DNA from: Candidatus Omnitrophota bacterium
GTDB lineage: Bacteria; Omnitrophota; Gorgyraeia; Duberdicusellales; 4484-171
Direction of reading: 5' to 3'
Length of the DNA: 64,000 nt
Assembly: GCA_037146775.1 (NCBI GenBank)
Contig: JBAWWL010000004.1
Coordinates: 22,471-86,470, forward strand
A program made the translations under genes and the position numbers. The first letter of the stretch is position 1. Every line of letters begins with the position of its first letter. The notes under the pieces are model-generated. The model searched no databases. It had not been told where the DNA came from and saw only the letters and a program-made list of their open reading frames with translations. Shown here one piece after another: positions 54,296 through 64,000 of this stretch.

Positions 54296-54835
54296 TTACT
54301 TTTTTAGCAAGCTGGCCGCGATAGAGAACAATAAAAATGTATGTGCCAGGCGCATTAACACAAACGAGCTTATCAGTGCCGGGATGCCAAGATTCAATTT
54401 CATGGCGAAAGCTAAAGCAACGCTCAGTATCGCCAAAAGGAAACAGGTAATTGCTACAATCCGCATACTTTTACCTCCTTTTGTTTTTTCGAACACATTA
54501 AGAATTCTTCTGTTGATAAAATCTTTCGCCTCGTCATCGACGTTAATAAATTCAACCGCAACGTCGAAACCGCCTACAAGCTTAAGTGGAATTGCGCGCA
54601 AAATCTTTCCTACTGCTTTTACCGGCTTTGGATAAGAAGGAAAGTTAATCTGCAATTCTATAAATTTCCCCGGAGTCACGGTAACATCCGAATGGAAGAG
54701 CACGCCGCCGGCCGAAATGTTTCTGATAAAACAAAGCGTGTCCTTACTTTCTTTTTCGTCCAACACCCGATATTTCACAAGATGATGTACGCCTAAGCGT
54801 ACAAATTTTCTTCTTTCTTGAGGAAAGTTACCCAT
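54296..54835 (-). CDS. PilZ-domain protein with C-terminal TM helices
   Basis: ERRKFVR, NISAGG; two hydrophobic C-terminal segments. Confidence 0.8.
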   Translation of the reverse strand: MGNFPQERRKFVRLGVHHLVKYRVLDEKESKDTLCFIRNISAGGVLFHSDVTVTPGKFIELQINFPSYPKPVKAVGKILRAIPLKLVGGFDVAVEFINVDDEAKDFINRRILNVFEKTKGGKSMRIVAITCFLLAILSVALAFAMKLNLGIPALISSFVLMRLAHTFLLFSIAASLLKK

Positions 54836-54846
54836 AGCTTTTATGC

Positions 54847-56493
54847 CTAATAACCTATGTATTTTTTAATCTGTTCCAAATACCACTCCGTGCGCCTAAA
54901 TTTCGGACGTAATTCTCTGACACGCAGAAATTTTTCCCTGGATTCTTCATAGTTACTGAGTGTATAATACACCACGCCTAAATTATAGAGCGCATCAACG
55001 TAATCGTCCCTTAAGGTGACTGCTTTTAAAAAGTTTTCTTTTGCTTCGCTGAATTTTCCCGCCTCCCAAAGAACGTACCCCAAATTATTATACGCAAAAG
55101 CATAGGCCTGGTCAATATGAATTGCTTGTACGAAGTACTTTTCTGCCTTGATATAATTTTCTTTCAGCGTATAGAGGGTGCCTAAATTATACACATACAC
55201 GGAAGAATAAGGATTGGCCGTAACAACTTGCTCGTACCGAGCTATCGCTCTATCAAGCATGTTGAGCTTATAATATACGAAGCCGGTATTTGCGCTGGCT
55301 CGCACATTTCCGGGGGCGATTTTCTCGGCGGCCGATGCTGCTTGTTTTGCTTCTTGCGGTTGATTCAAAAAATAAAATGCCAGCGCCTTACCACTGTACG
55401 ATACTGCGTCGGTAGGATCAAAACTTATTGCAATATCAAATTGTTCCTGTGCTTCGTGATATTTACCTTCTATTAACAACCGTATTCCTTCTTCTAAGAA
55501 TATGAACCCTTTTTCCCGGTGATAACGCGCCGGCAAGGGCATTAGATTTTTTTTGATATAGGTACGGAACCTTGCGTCAGGAACTGACTTATACAGATCC
55601 ATAAAGGCATTGTAGGCTTTTTGTTCTTTTCCTCCTTCGTAAAAGTAGCTGCAACCTACGCGAAATTTCGAAAACTGGTTTAAACTCGACGAAGGGTCTT
55701 CTTGAAATGCTTCTTCCCATATCTGCCTTGCTTTATCACTCTCCCCCATCCGATTTAACGTATCTGCGTGCTCATATCTAATGAAATCATTCATCTGGCG
55801 GGAAAGCTTTCCTTTTATCTGCGCAAATATCTCCTCAGCTTTTTCGTATTTACCCTGCAATTTATAAATAAGAGCTGCATACAATTTTGCCTTCAACCCA
55901 ATTTTACCCTCAGGCGATACTTCTGTCGCCTTAGCGAGATAAACTTGCGCATTATCAAATTCTTTGAGCAAAATATAACTGCGGCCGATTTCTAACAACT
56001 TGTTTTGTAGATTGTCGCCTTTATATGTCGGCAGTGCGTCCTTAATGCGTTGGATTGTCCGGCGCACGGTTTCTTTGTCAATTTTTCTTTCTTGAGGAGC
56101 TATGTTGGTTAAAAAATTATCCAGCATGGCAGTAAATGGTGTGCCTGCCGACTTCTTTTCTCCGGCGGCGCCGGAAAGAAAATATCTTATATCGCGCCGT
56201 TGGTCAACAGTAGAAGTTGTTGACAATGTTTGCGCTGAAAATTCAATCTTAGCAAGCGTAACAGTGTCTAGGTCGGCTTTTGCCAGCTCCATAAGAAATG
56301 TCTCGTCGAGAATTTCTTTTATAGTCGCTATATCTTTTTCGTTCTCTATTGTGCTTAATTTTTTTAATGAGAGTCTGATGTTGGACAAAGAAGCATCCAG
56401 AAGGAAGCGGTTGTAAGTTATAAAAAATAAGGCAGCGACAGCCAGGGTAATAAGTAAGGGAATAAAGTGCTTAAAGATGTTTTTTTTTCCCAT
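54847..56493 (-). CDS. membrane-anchored multi-TPR protein
   Basis: N-terminal TM; repeated YNLG/NNLG TPR motifs. Confidence 0.85.
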   Translation of the reverse strand: MGKKNIFKHFIPLLITLAVAALFFITYNRFLLDASLSNIRLSLKKLSTIENEKDIATIKEILDETFLMELAKADLDTVTLAKIEFSAQTLSTTSTVDQRRDIRYFLSGAAGEKKSAGTPFTAMLDNFLTNIAPQERKIDKETVRRTIQRIKDALPTYKGDNLQNKLLEIGRSYILLKEFDNAQVYLAKATEVSPEGKIGLKAKLYAALIYKLQGKYEKAEEIFAQIKGKLSRQMNDFIRYEHADTLNRMGESDKARQIWEEAFQEDPSSSLNQFSKFRVGCSYFYEGGKEQKAYNAFMDLYKSVPDARFRTYIKKNLMPLPARYHREKGFIFLEEGIRLLIEGKYHEAQEQFDIAISFDPTDAVSYSGKALAFYFLNQPQEAKQAASAAEKIAPGNVRASANTGFVYYKLNMLDRAIARYEQVVTANPYSSVYVYNLGTLYTLKENYIKAEKYFVQAIHIDQAYAFAYNNLGYVLWEAGKFSEAKENFLKAVTLRDDYVDALYNLGVVYYTLSNYEESREKFLRVRELRPKFRRTEWYLEQIKKYIGY

Positions 56494-56502
56494 ATATAAG
56501 GT

Positions 56503-56530
56503 ACTATAGCATGGTTTTATCCACTGTCAA
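56503..56530 (-). promoter_or_regulatory. sigma70-type promoter for the TPR-PilZ-EPS operon
   Basis: TTGACA-16 bp-TATAGT with extended TG; -10 ends 10 bp from the ATG. Confidence 0.6.
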
Positions 56531-56762
56531 TAAAACACGTCTTAAACACGGTAATAGTGTTTTTCTGTCACGCATTTTTTGACGGTAAATAACTCATAGC
56601 TTCGTATAAAGCGCGTATTGCGCCTCTCGTAGGTTTTGCCTCCAGTGCGTTTTTTGTTGGTGGGGCTTGCACACATTTTAAGCGGCACAGAAGTTGAGCG
56701 TATAATTTTTTGGGGGGGGTATTTTTTAATCATAAGTCTTTGTTCACCAACCAGTTAGCCAA

Positions 56763-56791
56763 TTGACAAAAGCATAAACTAATGTTATATT
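56763..56791 (+). promoter_or_regulatory. sigma70-type promoter for the only plus-strand gene
   Basis: TTGACA-17 bp-TATATT with extended TG. Confidence 0.6.
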
Positions 56792-56810
56792 TAATATAGA
56801 GGGGGTTATT

Positions 56811-57128
56811 ATGAATAAAAAAATATACTTTGTGTGGTTAGTATGTATATTTGTGAGTGTGGGTATTGCGTTGCCGCTCGTAGGCCAGTCATCCCGACCA
56901 GCCAAAAAAGTGGATGGGAACCAATCCTCAATGTTTAGCGAACCAATGGTGCAGGATACAGAAAAAAGCGATTCGTCTCCTGCCGGCCCGGGGAAAGAGA
57001 AAAAAGTAGAGCCAAAGAAAGAAGAGTCGTTGAAGGATTTGGTTATTACCGATATAGTAGTGCCTATCACTAAAGATGAGGTATCAAAAGAAGAAGAGCC
57101 TGGAAAAGAAGACCAAGAAAAATATTAA
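56811..57128 (+). CDS. small exported/membrane-anchored low-complexity protein
   Basis: Promoter and GAGGGG RBS; signal-like N-terminus; charged K/E-rich tail. Confidence 0.65.
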   Translation: MNKKIYFVWLVCIFVSVGIALPLVGQSSRPAKKVDGNQSSMFSEPMVQDTEKSDSSPAGPGKEKKVEPKKEESLKDLVITDIVVPITKDEVSKEEEPGKEDQEKY

Positions 57129-58429
57129 TCTTTACGCTGATCCAAGATAAAACAACTTCTACATTCCTGTTTAGCTCTCTTTTTCACTTCGGCGGCAATA
57201 TTCGTTACTTCCGCATAGCTGGCGATGGCGCGGCATTCATTCGTGACTCCGGCGAGCGATATGGTCATAAGAGGAAATTGTTGGATAGTGTTATCGCGGC
57301 CATGCGCGATTATATAGCCCCTTTCTAAGTCTTCCTTGTCGTACAACGTACGAATACGGCTGTTGAAAGCTTCTATGATAGCGGAAGCAATGGCTTGTGT
57401 TCGTTGGGGAGTGGTAAGAATAATGAAATCATCTCCTCCCTCGTGACCGAGAAAATCATCGGTATTGCCTTGAGATTTAAGTGCTTCTTTAAAAACATTG
57501 CTGGTCAACTTTATTGCTTCATCGCCCTTAGCAATTCCGTATTTATCGTTAAAGGCCTTGAAATTATCCAAATCACAGTAGACTACCGTAAATTTCTTTT
57601 GGGTCTTTATTCTTTCTTCAACAGCCTCCCTAATGACGATGTTACCGGGCAACTTGGTTAAAGGGTTGGCATTTTCGGCGCGCTCTTTCATTTTTATCAA
57701 TGCCTGAGTCATAAAATTAAATGTGCTCGCCAATTCCTCAAGTTCATCGCTAGTCAGTATGTTAACTCGCAAATCGAGACGGCCGGATGCGATAAGTTTC
57801 GCCGCGCTATTAAAAACTTTTATTGGTGCAATAATTAAGCGGGAGAGAGAAAAACCTAAAATGATATTTACGATAATAAATAGAATTCCGATGAGAAACG
57901 CCGGCTGATATACCTGCTGGTATACCCCCCAAATTCCTGCCAAGGAAAAGAAAATTTTCCCTATATAATTTACCTTCCCGCCTTCGGCAAGGGGGATATA
58001 CACGGAAAACGTTTTCCGTGACTCATCAATAACCACCTCCCCCTCTATCGACTCGTTTCTTTTCAATTTATCCAACATTAACACATCATCGAAATTTACT
58101 CTATCGCCCTGCAATGTCTTTTCGGTAGAAAAAACTATTTTTTCCTGTCGGTTATATATATATCCGTGAGTAATTTCTTCGGACTGTTTCAAAGCAAGTA
58201 TTCTTTTGCGCAAAAAATCGAGCTTCTTTTCTTCGGGAAGAGGAAAGGCGGCCATATTATCCCACGTACTCTTTAGGACCGAATAAATAATCTGGGCATG
58301 TGAGCGGTGGAATCTGTTGAGCAGGTTTATCTCGTGAGAAAGCTGCACCGCCACGAACAAGGCAACAGTAACCACCGTAAAGATAGTAAGCAGTATAAAA
58401 ATTCTGCTTTTCAGTGTAATCGTTTTCAT
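57125..58429 (-). CDS. membrane diguanylate cyclase (periplasmic domain-HAMP-GGDEF)
   Basis: Two TMs, HAMP (DELEELASTFN), NPLTKLPGN, DLDNFKAFND, GGDDF. Confidence 0.9.
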   Translation of the reverse strand: MKTITLKSRIFILLTIFTVVTVALFVAVQLSHEINLLNRFHRSHAQIIYSVLKSTWDNMAAFPLPEEKKLDFLRKRILALKQSEEITHGYIYNRQEKIVFSTEKTLQGDRVNFDDVLMLDKLKRNESIEGEVVIDESRKTFSVYIPLAEGGKVNYIGKIFFSLAGIWGVYQQVYQPAFLIGILFIIVNIILGFSLSRLIIAPIKVFNSAAKLIASGRLDLRVNILTSDELEELASTFNFMTQALIKMKERAENANPLTKLPGNIVIREAVEERIKTQKKFTVVYCDLDNFKAFNDKYGIAKGDEAIKLTSNVFKEALKSQGNTDDFLGHEGGDDFIILTTPQRTQAIASAIIEAFNSRIRTLYDKEDLERGYIIAHGRDNTIQQFPLMTISLAGVTNECRAIASYAEVTNIAAEVKKRAKQECRSCFILDQRKD

Positions 58430-58474
58430 ATATACCCTCTTCCTGTCAGGAAAGGAGATTCGACGCGTGCATCT

Positions 58475-59596
58475 CTAAAAACGCTCGATAGATTCGAAAT
58501 TCGTCTTGACCATTTTAAAAAAAATACCGAGAACTTCTCTGGAAATACTCGGATACTTCAAGAACTCCCACAAAAGAAGGGAGTGGTTTTCAAAGTCAGC
58601 AGCCTTTTCGATAATGTCGGTTTTTTTCTTGATGAAAGAAAAAAGCTTTTCGATATCTATATCGTTGAGCTGCGAAAAAACTTGACGCGCCTTAAGGCTC
58701 ACTTCAATTTCTTTCCCGAATTTTTTGAACCAGCGCGAGCTATATTTGTCGTTCTCTCCTTTTACTATACACTCGGCAAGTATTTCCGCTGCGCGCATAC
58801 CCATATAGATCCCTCCATAGCTTAACGGCTTTACCTGGGAAGCGCTGTCTCCAACCAAAAATATGCCATCCTTCGCCAGTGGTTTAAAATAAGCCAGAGG
58901 AACGATTCCGGCAAATTTTTCCAAAACCTCACCGGATAATTTCCTTTCTTTGATGAAGCTAAGTAAATCGTGGTAGGGATTCTTGGAGAGGACACCGACA
59001 CGTACCACACCGTCAGTTTCCGGAATAATCCAATAGAAATAAGGCTTTTTTAAATACACTTCCACCATATCGCTATGTTGCAGCTTCAGCTTCATTCGAA
59101 ACTGTACACCTTTTAAGTAATCCATATGATTATCGGTAACAAATTCTCTGACCGCCGAACGCGCCCCATCTGTACCCACCACAATATCCGCTTCCATCGA
59201 ACCCCTGTCGGTTTCGATAAGGTAGTGGTTATTTTCTTTCTCCAGCCCCAAAAACCTGCTCTCAAAACTAATTTGCAATCCTTCGCCTAACTTTTTATCG
59301 AATTTTTCTCGGTCAATTACATATGCAACTTCTTTTCTGTGAATAGGAATAACTTCTTTACCTATATAGATCACTGCTCCGTTAATGGTATTAAGCACGC
59401 AGTCTTTGGGGAGCGGAAGCTCGGCATCATCGAAGACTTTCTTTCCCACCAGACCCGCACAATGAACGGGCCGGCCGATTTCTTTATGTTCCTCGATCAA
59501 TAATGACCTTATACCGGCCTTCGATAAAAGCTGGGCGAGATAACATCCAACAGGCCCCGCCCCAACAATAATTATTCTCTGTTTTTTCTCATGCAT
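58475..59596 (-). CDS. geranylgeranyl reductase-family FAD oxidoreductase
   Basis: GAGPVG, CAG, DR..FD, DGARS, W.IP, VGDSA.QVKP..GGI. Confidence 0.8.
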   Translation of the reverse strand: MHEKKQRIIIVGAGPVGCYLAQLLSKAGIRSLLIEEHKEIGRPVHCAGLVGKKVFDDAELPLPKDCVLNTINGAVIYIGKEVIPIHRKEVAYVIDREKFDKKLGEGLQISFESRFLGLEKENNHYLIETDRGSMEADIVVGTDGARSAVREFVTDNHMDYLKGVQFRMKLKLQHSDMVEVYLKKPYFYWIIPETDGVVRVGVLSKNPYHDLLSFIKERKLSGEVLEKFAGIVPLAYFKPLAKDGIFLVGDSASQVKPLSYGGIYMGMRAAEILAECIVKGENDKYSSRWFKKFGKEIEVSLKARQVFSQLNDIDIEKLFSFIKKKTDIIEKAADFENHSLLLWEFLKYPSISREVLGIFFKMVKTNFESIERF

Positions 59597-59662
59597 AATG
59601 TTTTCTTAATGACTGTGTGCTTGTAATTCTTGATTCGCGATGTTCTTTGCTGAAACCGGAAT

Positions 59663-60259
59663 TTATAATTTGTTATTCCTATGCTCCCATCTTCCTACAA
59701 AACTAATCCAAATGGATAAAAAAATAATTTTTAAATCTAGTAAAAAACTTCGCTCTTTTATATATTGCACATCCCACCTCAGCACTTCCTCGTCGCACGC
59801 GTGTTTTGGAGCAAATACCTGGGCTAAGCCGGTTAAACCCGGTTTTATTTTAAGTCGGCGGGCAAAAATTTCCATATCTTTTCTTCCTAAGGAAGACTGG
59901 AATATTTTTCCCTGGAAATCTTTTGAAATACCGTAATAATCAATACTGTATGGCCGGGGGCCCACAAAAGACATTTCGCCTTTTATAATATTGGTCAGCT
60001 GCGGTAGCTCATCCAAAGCAGTCGCACGCAGAATCCTTCCGACTTTTGTAACACTTAAGGTACCGCCTTTCATCGAGCGAAATTTAAGCATGTTGAATAA
60101 TTTCCCGTCCATACCTAAAGATTTTTTAATATACAATATCGGCAGGCCGTCTTCCAAAAATATAAGTACCGCGACTATGCTTATGACAGGAAAAAATAAA
60201 AATAGGCCAACAGACGAAAGAATACAATCAAAGATTCTTTTGGCGAGTAGATAACTCAA
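59663..60259 (-). CDS. phosphoglycosyl transferase (bacterial sugar transferase)
   Basis: KRIFD, KFRSM, LDELPQ, MSFVGPRP, KPGLTGLAQV; TTG start. Confidence 0.92.
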   Translation of the reverse strand: MSYLLAKRIFDCILSSVGLFLFFPVISIVAVLIFLEDGLPILYIKKSLGMDGKLFNMLKFRSMKGGTLSVTKVGRILRATALDELPQLTNIIKGEMSFVGPRPYSIDYYGISKDFQGKIFQSSLGRKDMEIFARRLKIKPGLTGLAQVFAPKHACDEEVLRWDVQYIKERSFLLDLKIIFLSIWISFVGRWEHRNNKL

Positions 60260-60586
60260 GTATTACACCTTTTTTGTTTCTTGTATTGTTTTATTCTCTT
60301 AACCACAATTCTCTTTCGCATAAATAAAGTTCCCTTCAGCCACCGTACGTAATACTCAAAAACTGCGGGTGAAAATGGACGGCCCCGAAGATTTCAGACA
60401 TCCTACCCTGATTTTTTTGAATATGTTGGCATAGATATCCGGCACAACCTCGATTGGTGTGACGTGGCGGTGTTTTGCGTTGAATCGGGAACATGTTATG
60501 CCATATTAAAAAGAGCTGATACAACGTATTGTACCACGCGAATGACCTTTAAGAAAATGTTTCATTTTCATATTACAGATATGATA

Positions 60587-61621
60587 CTACAAGAATCTCT
60601 TGGCAAAAGCGAGTATACCCTGGTGCCAGGCAACCCTATGTGTGATCCCTGTAGTGTGTAACTCATTTTTGTGCTCCAAATACCACTGGTACGATTTTAT
60701 GAGCGCTTCTTTGTTGCTATATTTTGGGGCCCACCCTGCTATAGTTTTTATTTTATCTACACACACAAAAGAATCTTTGTCCGCCGTTGCATAAATCCAT
60801 TTATAGAGGGGCGATATTTTTAATTTTTCAAATATCGCCAACAACATCTTTACGCCCCGGGCGGGAGTACACATAACCCGTGATCCTGTGTGTGCATAAT
60901 TGCATAAGGCACCGACATCCTCTTCTACTGTTCTAAATTCCGCTGCGCCGATATTGAAAACGTCGTTTACTTGCTCTTCGGGGGCAACAAGAAGCAGGTA
61001 TATTGCATCGGCCAAATCTTCAACCTCTAACAACTGATAACGATTCTTACCATTTCCTATAATAGGTATTCTTTTGCCGCTTTCTATCCAATCATATAAT
61101 ATCTGAAAAACGCCCAGCCTGCCGGGACCAATAAAACTTTTCGGCCGCACAATCGGAATACACATTCCTTTTTGTCTATATTCCTGACAAATCAGTTCGG
61201 CCTCTATTTTACTCGAACCATAGGGGCCAACACCGACAAGCGCGCTGTTTTCGTAAAGAGGATGTGTTTTAGGAATACCATATACGGCCGTGGACGACAC
61301 AAAAATTACCTTCCGTATCTGCAGGGTTAAAGCAGTTTCTAATATATTTTTTGTACCGGTAACGTTTATCTCGAAAATTTCTTTCCGTTTCCACAATGGC
61401 AGGGCTGCGGCAGCGTGAACGATCACATCGCCTTTTCGTAATACTCCTTCAAGTTGTTTTCTGTCTCTTACGTCTACGTTGTAATAGATTGCGTGAGCGG
61501 GATATTCTTGAGGATCTATGGGGGCGATATCTAGAACAGCGATACTTTCATATTTATCTGCTAGTTGCCTGCACAAATGGTAGCCCAAAAACCCAGCGCC
61601 GCCGGTTACAACTAATCTCAT
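60587..61621 (-). CDS. NAD-dependent epimerase/dehydratase
   Basis: TGGAGFLG, HAAA, SSTAVYG, YGSSK. Confidence 0.88.
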   Translation of the reverse strand: MRLVVTGGAGFLGYHLCRQLADKYESIAVLDIAPIDPQEYPAHAIYYNVDVRDRKQLEGVLRKGDVIVHAAAALPLWKRKEIFEINVTGTKNILETALTLQIRKVIFVSSTAVYGIPKTHPLYENSALVGVGPYGSSKIEAELICQEYRQKGMCIPIVRPKSFIGPGRLGVFQILYDWIESGKRIPIIGNGKNRYQLLEVEDLADAIYLLLVAPEEQVNDVFNIGAAEFRTVEEDVGALCNYAHTGSRVMCTPARGVKMLLAIFEKLKISPLYKWIYATADKDSFVCVDKIKTIAGWAPKYSNKEALIKSYQWYLEHKNELHTTGITHRVAWHQGILAFAKRFL

Positions 61622-61809
61622 GGTACCCTCCCAAGAAAGTTTGTGGTATATGATGCATAAAATTGAAAAATATTTTTTGAGGCAAGTTTGAGCCGGTTTT
61701 ATTTTTACTAACGTTATTGTAGCAAATAAATCGCTTCAATTAAAATCAATCTTGGATCTTCTTGCCATCTAAAATTCAGCAAACCATACTTCCCTAGTAC
61801 TACAAACTG

Positions 61810-62682
61810 CTAAAACCCAAGATAAATTACCGCAACGCAGACGCTCACCCACAATAACAGATTTATTTGCAACTTGCGGTCAGAAAGTAAAATACGAGTG
61901 GGGTCGCCGTCGAGATAAATCTTATGAATAAGATAAAGATAACGAAAAAGTCCGTAGTATACAAAGGGAATACTGTAAAGCAAGTGGGTTGTCCCGAATT
62001 CTTTTAGCGTTCTCGCATCTACCGTATAAAGAGCATAAAATACCACGATTGAGGAAGTAATTACCGCAATCATTTGATCGATAAAATAAACGTTATATTT
62101 TGCGAGTATTTGGCGATGTGCGGCGGCTTTGTGTTCTAACAACCGCAATTCTTGCCGTCGCTTATTAAATCCCAGGAAAAGCGCCAGCAAAACAATCATA
62201 ATAACGATCCAATGAGACATGTGTACCGCCGCAATGACACTGCCAGCCAATATGCGCAAAAGGAAAAAACCACTGATACAGAATACATCGATGATTACTT
62301 CTTGTTTTAGCCATTTTGAATAAAATAAATTAAATATAAAATATATAATAATTATTGCACCAAAATATCTGTCGACCATCAAGGATAATACGAATGCAGT
62401 GACGCATAAAATGAATGCTGTGGTTTTCGCTTTTGATATACTGAGTTTTCCTGAAGCGAGCGGCCTCAGGCGTTTCGTAGGATGCACTTTATCTTTTTCT
62501 ATATCGAAGAGGTCGTTCACCACATATACCGCCGAAGATATCATAGAAAATAAAACAAAAGCAAGTGCAGTTTTCAGATTAAAGGGGAACACGAACATTT
62601 TTTTTCCAAAAAGCAATGGGAGAAAAATGAAAAGATTTTTAATCCACTGCTGCGGTCTTAAGGAAATTAGTAAATAGTTCAT
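61810..62682 (-). CDS. UbiA family, decaprenyl-phosphate phosphoribosyltransferase-like
   Basis: RPQQWIKN, NDLFDIEKDKVHPTKRLRPLASG, KRRQEL, GLFRYL, GDPT. Confidence 0.85.
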   Translation of the reverse strand: MNYLLISLRPQQWIKNLFIFLPLLFGKKMFVFPFNLKTALAFVLFSMISSAVYVVNDLFDIEKDKVHPTKRLRPLASGKLSISKAKTTAFILCVTAFVLSLMVDRYFGAIIIIYFIFNLFYSKWLKQEVIIDVFCISGFFLLRILAGSVIAAVHMSHWIVIMIVLLALFLGFNKRRQELRLLEHKAAAHRQILAKYNVYFIDQMIAVITSSIVVFYALYTVDARTLKEFGTTHLLYSIPFVYYGLFRYLYLIHKIYLDGDPTRILLSDRKLQINLLLWVSVCVAVIYLGF

Positions 62683-63932
62683 CGTATATTTTTACTCTTT
62701 ATGCTCCGGATATTGTGCATTTCTAAACAACTCTCTATGCTTAAAACAAAAATAAAGTAAAGCAATATATGCGAGTATAATCCCAGCCTCATATCGCCGG
62801 TCAGGCCGAAAGAAGAAACAAAGTTATCATACAGAAATAATAATGATAAAAATACAAAATCAATTCTTTTCCCAAGAAACAAGAATCTTTTTTTAACAAC
62901 TAAACACCACCCGATACCGAGAAACAAAAATATATTTTTTACCGTTACAAGGCGCCTCAAAAAAGAGATGTGTTTCTTGGAATCCAATGCGCGTAAAGGG
63001 AAATTTAATCTTACGAAATTACCAATATAGTTCTTTGTTGCCCTCAAAGGATGCCTATAAATATCTTCAAAGAATAATTTGAAATATTCACTATCTTCCT
63101 GGGCCAACGTAGGTATTGCCTCTTTATTCGTTTTGTGTAATTTTTCTTTGGTTGAGCACTTCATACCCAAATAAAAAAAGTTCCCGCCATGAAATGAAAG
63201 CTTATATTGGCCAAAGGCGTTCTTGTTTCTTATTAAAACCGGTGAAATAATTATAACCGATACTAAGAAAAATAAAACTGCTTCTTTAAAAAAATACTTT
63301 CGGTGCGTAATGAGCGAGGCGAGTAGAAAGAATAAAGGCAGCAACTGAAATTTGTTTCTTACCAAAATTAAACATCCAAAAAAAATACTGGCAATAAAAA
63401 TATGCCTTTTCTTATAAGATATAAAATATCTTAGGCTAAACAATAAAAACAAGAAAAACAAGAAAATGCCCAGGGTCTCGGAAAGAATAAGGCTTGGAAA
63501 ATAAACTATTATATGGTTGGTAAAATACAAAAAAATAGAAATATATCTTACGGGTTCCGATGCAACTATCAGACGCACTATCTGCAAAAATAGAAAAAAA
63601 TTAGCTATTCCTAAAACATACTGGGTTATTACCACCGGAACGATCTTGTGCCCGAATATTTTAAACAGCGCACCTAAAAAAATCGGGTAACCGATTTGAT
63701 ATATTCCGTGCGGCGTTTTCCCGTCAAACGTATATCCCAATCCACGCGCCAGGTTACCTCCCGTTACTCTATAAACTAACTGATCGCCGGGCAATAAGCG
63801 ATCGTTATTTAAGAAACCTTTTGCAATCCCATACCCAACCATCGAAAAACCGTACACAAGAAAAATTATCAATAATATTTTCCTTGAATTTTTTTTGCCG
63901 GTAAAGATGTTTCGCAAATACTTTAAGAACAT
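62679..63932 (-). CDS. GT-C fold (ArnT/PMT_2-like) membrane glycosyltransferase
   Basis: D..Y...G.NL..G.GY, GYPIFL, ILSETL, SP..IRN...G; many TMs. Confidence 0.75.
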   Translation of the reverse strand: MFLKYLRNIFTGKKNSRKILLIIFLVYGFSMVGYGIAKGFLNNDRLLPGDQLVYRVTGGNLARGLGYTFDGKTPHGIYQIGYPIFLGALFKIFGHKIVPVVITQYVLGIANFFLFLQIVRLIVASEPVRYISIFLYFTNHIIVYFPSLILSETLGIFLFFLFLLFSLRYFISYKKRHIFIASIFFGCLILVRNKFQLLPLFFLLASLITHRKYFFKEAVLFFLVSVIIISPVLIRNKNAFGQYKLSFHGGNFFYLGMKCSTKEKLHKTNKEAIPTLAQEDSEYFKLFFEDIYRHPLRATKNYIGNFVRLNFPLRALDSKKHISFLRRLVTVKNIFLFLGIGWCLVVKKRFLFLGKRIDFVFLSLLFLYDNFVSSFGLTGDMRLGLYSHILLYFIFVLSIESCLEMHNIRSIKSKNIR

Positions 63933-64000
63933 AGACTATTTATATCCATAGTGCGCGGTTTTTTTACTGCTTTATGTCGTAGGTTATCTTCGATTTTATT

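Noticed and set aside
60260-60586. Small ORFs (60336-60524, 60464-60661) in the gap before the sugar transferase
   Set aside because: No recognisable motif or RBS; treated as intergenic
26-62677. Numerous plus-strand and short nested ORFs in the track
   Set aside because: They are antisense or out-of-frame shadows of well-supported minus-strand genes; only 56811-57128 has its own promoter, RBS and free space
58475-62682. Archaeal-type ether lipid pathway (GGR + UbiA)
   Set aside because: UbiA motifs match the DPPR-synthase type rather than DGGGP synthase, and no GGGP synthase is present

Overview
Bacterial chromosome segment, AT-leaning, with all but one credible gene on the minus strand. 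The gene set suggests an anaerobic diderm: 2-oxoacid:ferredoxin oxidoreductase, hypFCD, three PilZ proteins, Wza/Wzc and an outer-membrane barrel. It resembles Ca. Omnitrophota/PVC, but that is inference. Left (1-8.6 kb): gltX (partial), a four-subunit vor/kor-type oxidoreductase, dxs, PilZ, ymdB, rny and 5-formyl-THF cyclo-ligase. Centre (8.76-28.8 kb): an apparent 20-gene, ~20 kb operon built on a non-actinobacterial aromatic type II PKS (KS, CLF without the Gln, ACP, two cyclases, SDR, acyl-CoA ligase, MFS). It also carries a cobalamin radical-SAM enzyme and a divergent nucleoside phosphorylase / MtnA-like isomerase / class II aldolase-SCP2 fusion / aldehyde dehydrogenase set, has no oxygenases, has a palindromic operator on its promoter, and has short-period repeat hairpins at many gene junctions. 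This is the main candidate novel system. Right (29-64 kb): housekeeping genes, a PilZ-glycoside-hydrolase-like fusion, hypFCD, and a Wzy/Wzc/Wza exopolysaccharide locus with PilZ, GGDEF, UbiA (DPPR-type) and GT-C genes. No rRNA, tRNA, CRISPR or transposase was recognised. All calls come from motif reading; no searches were run.
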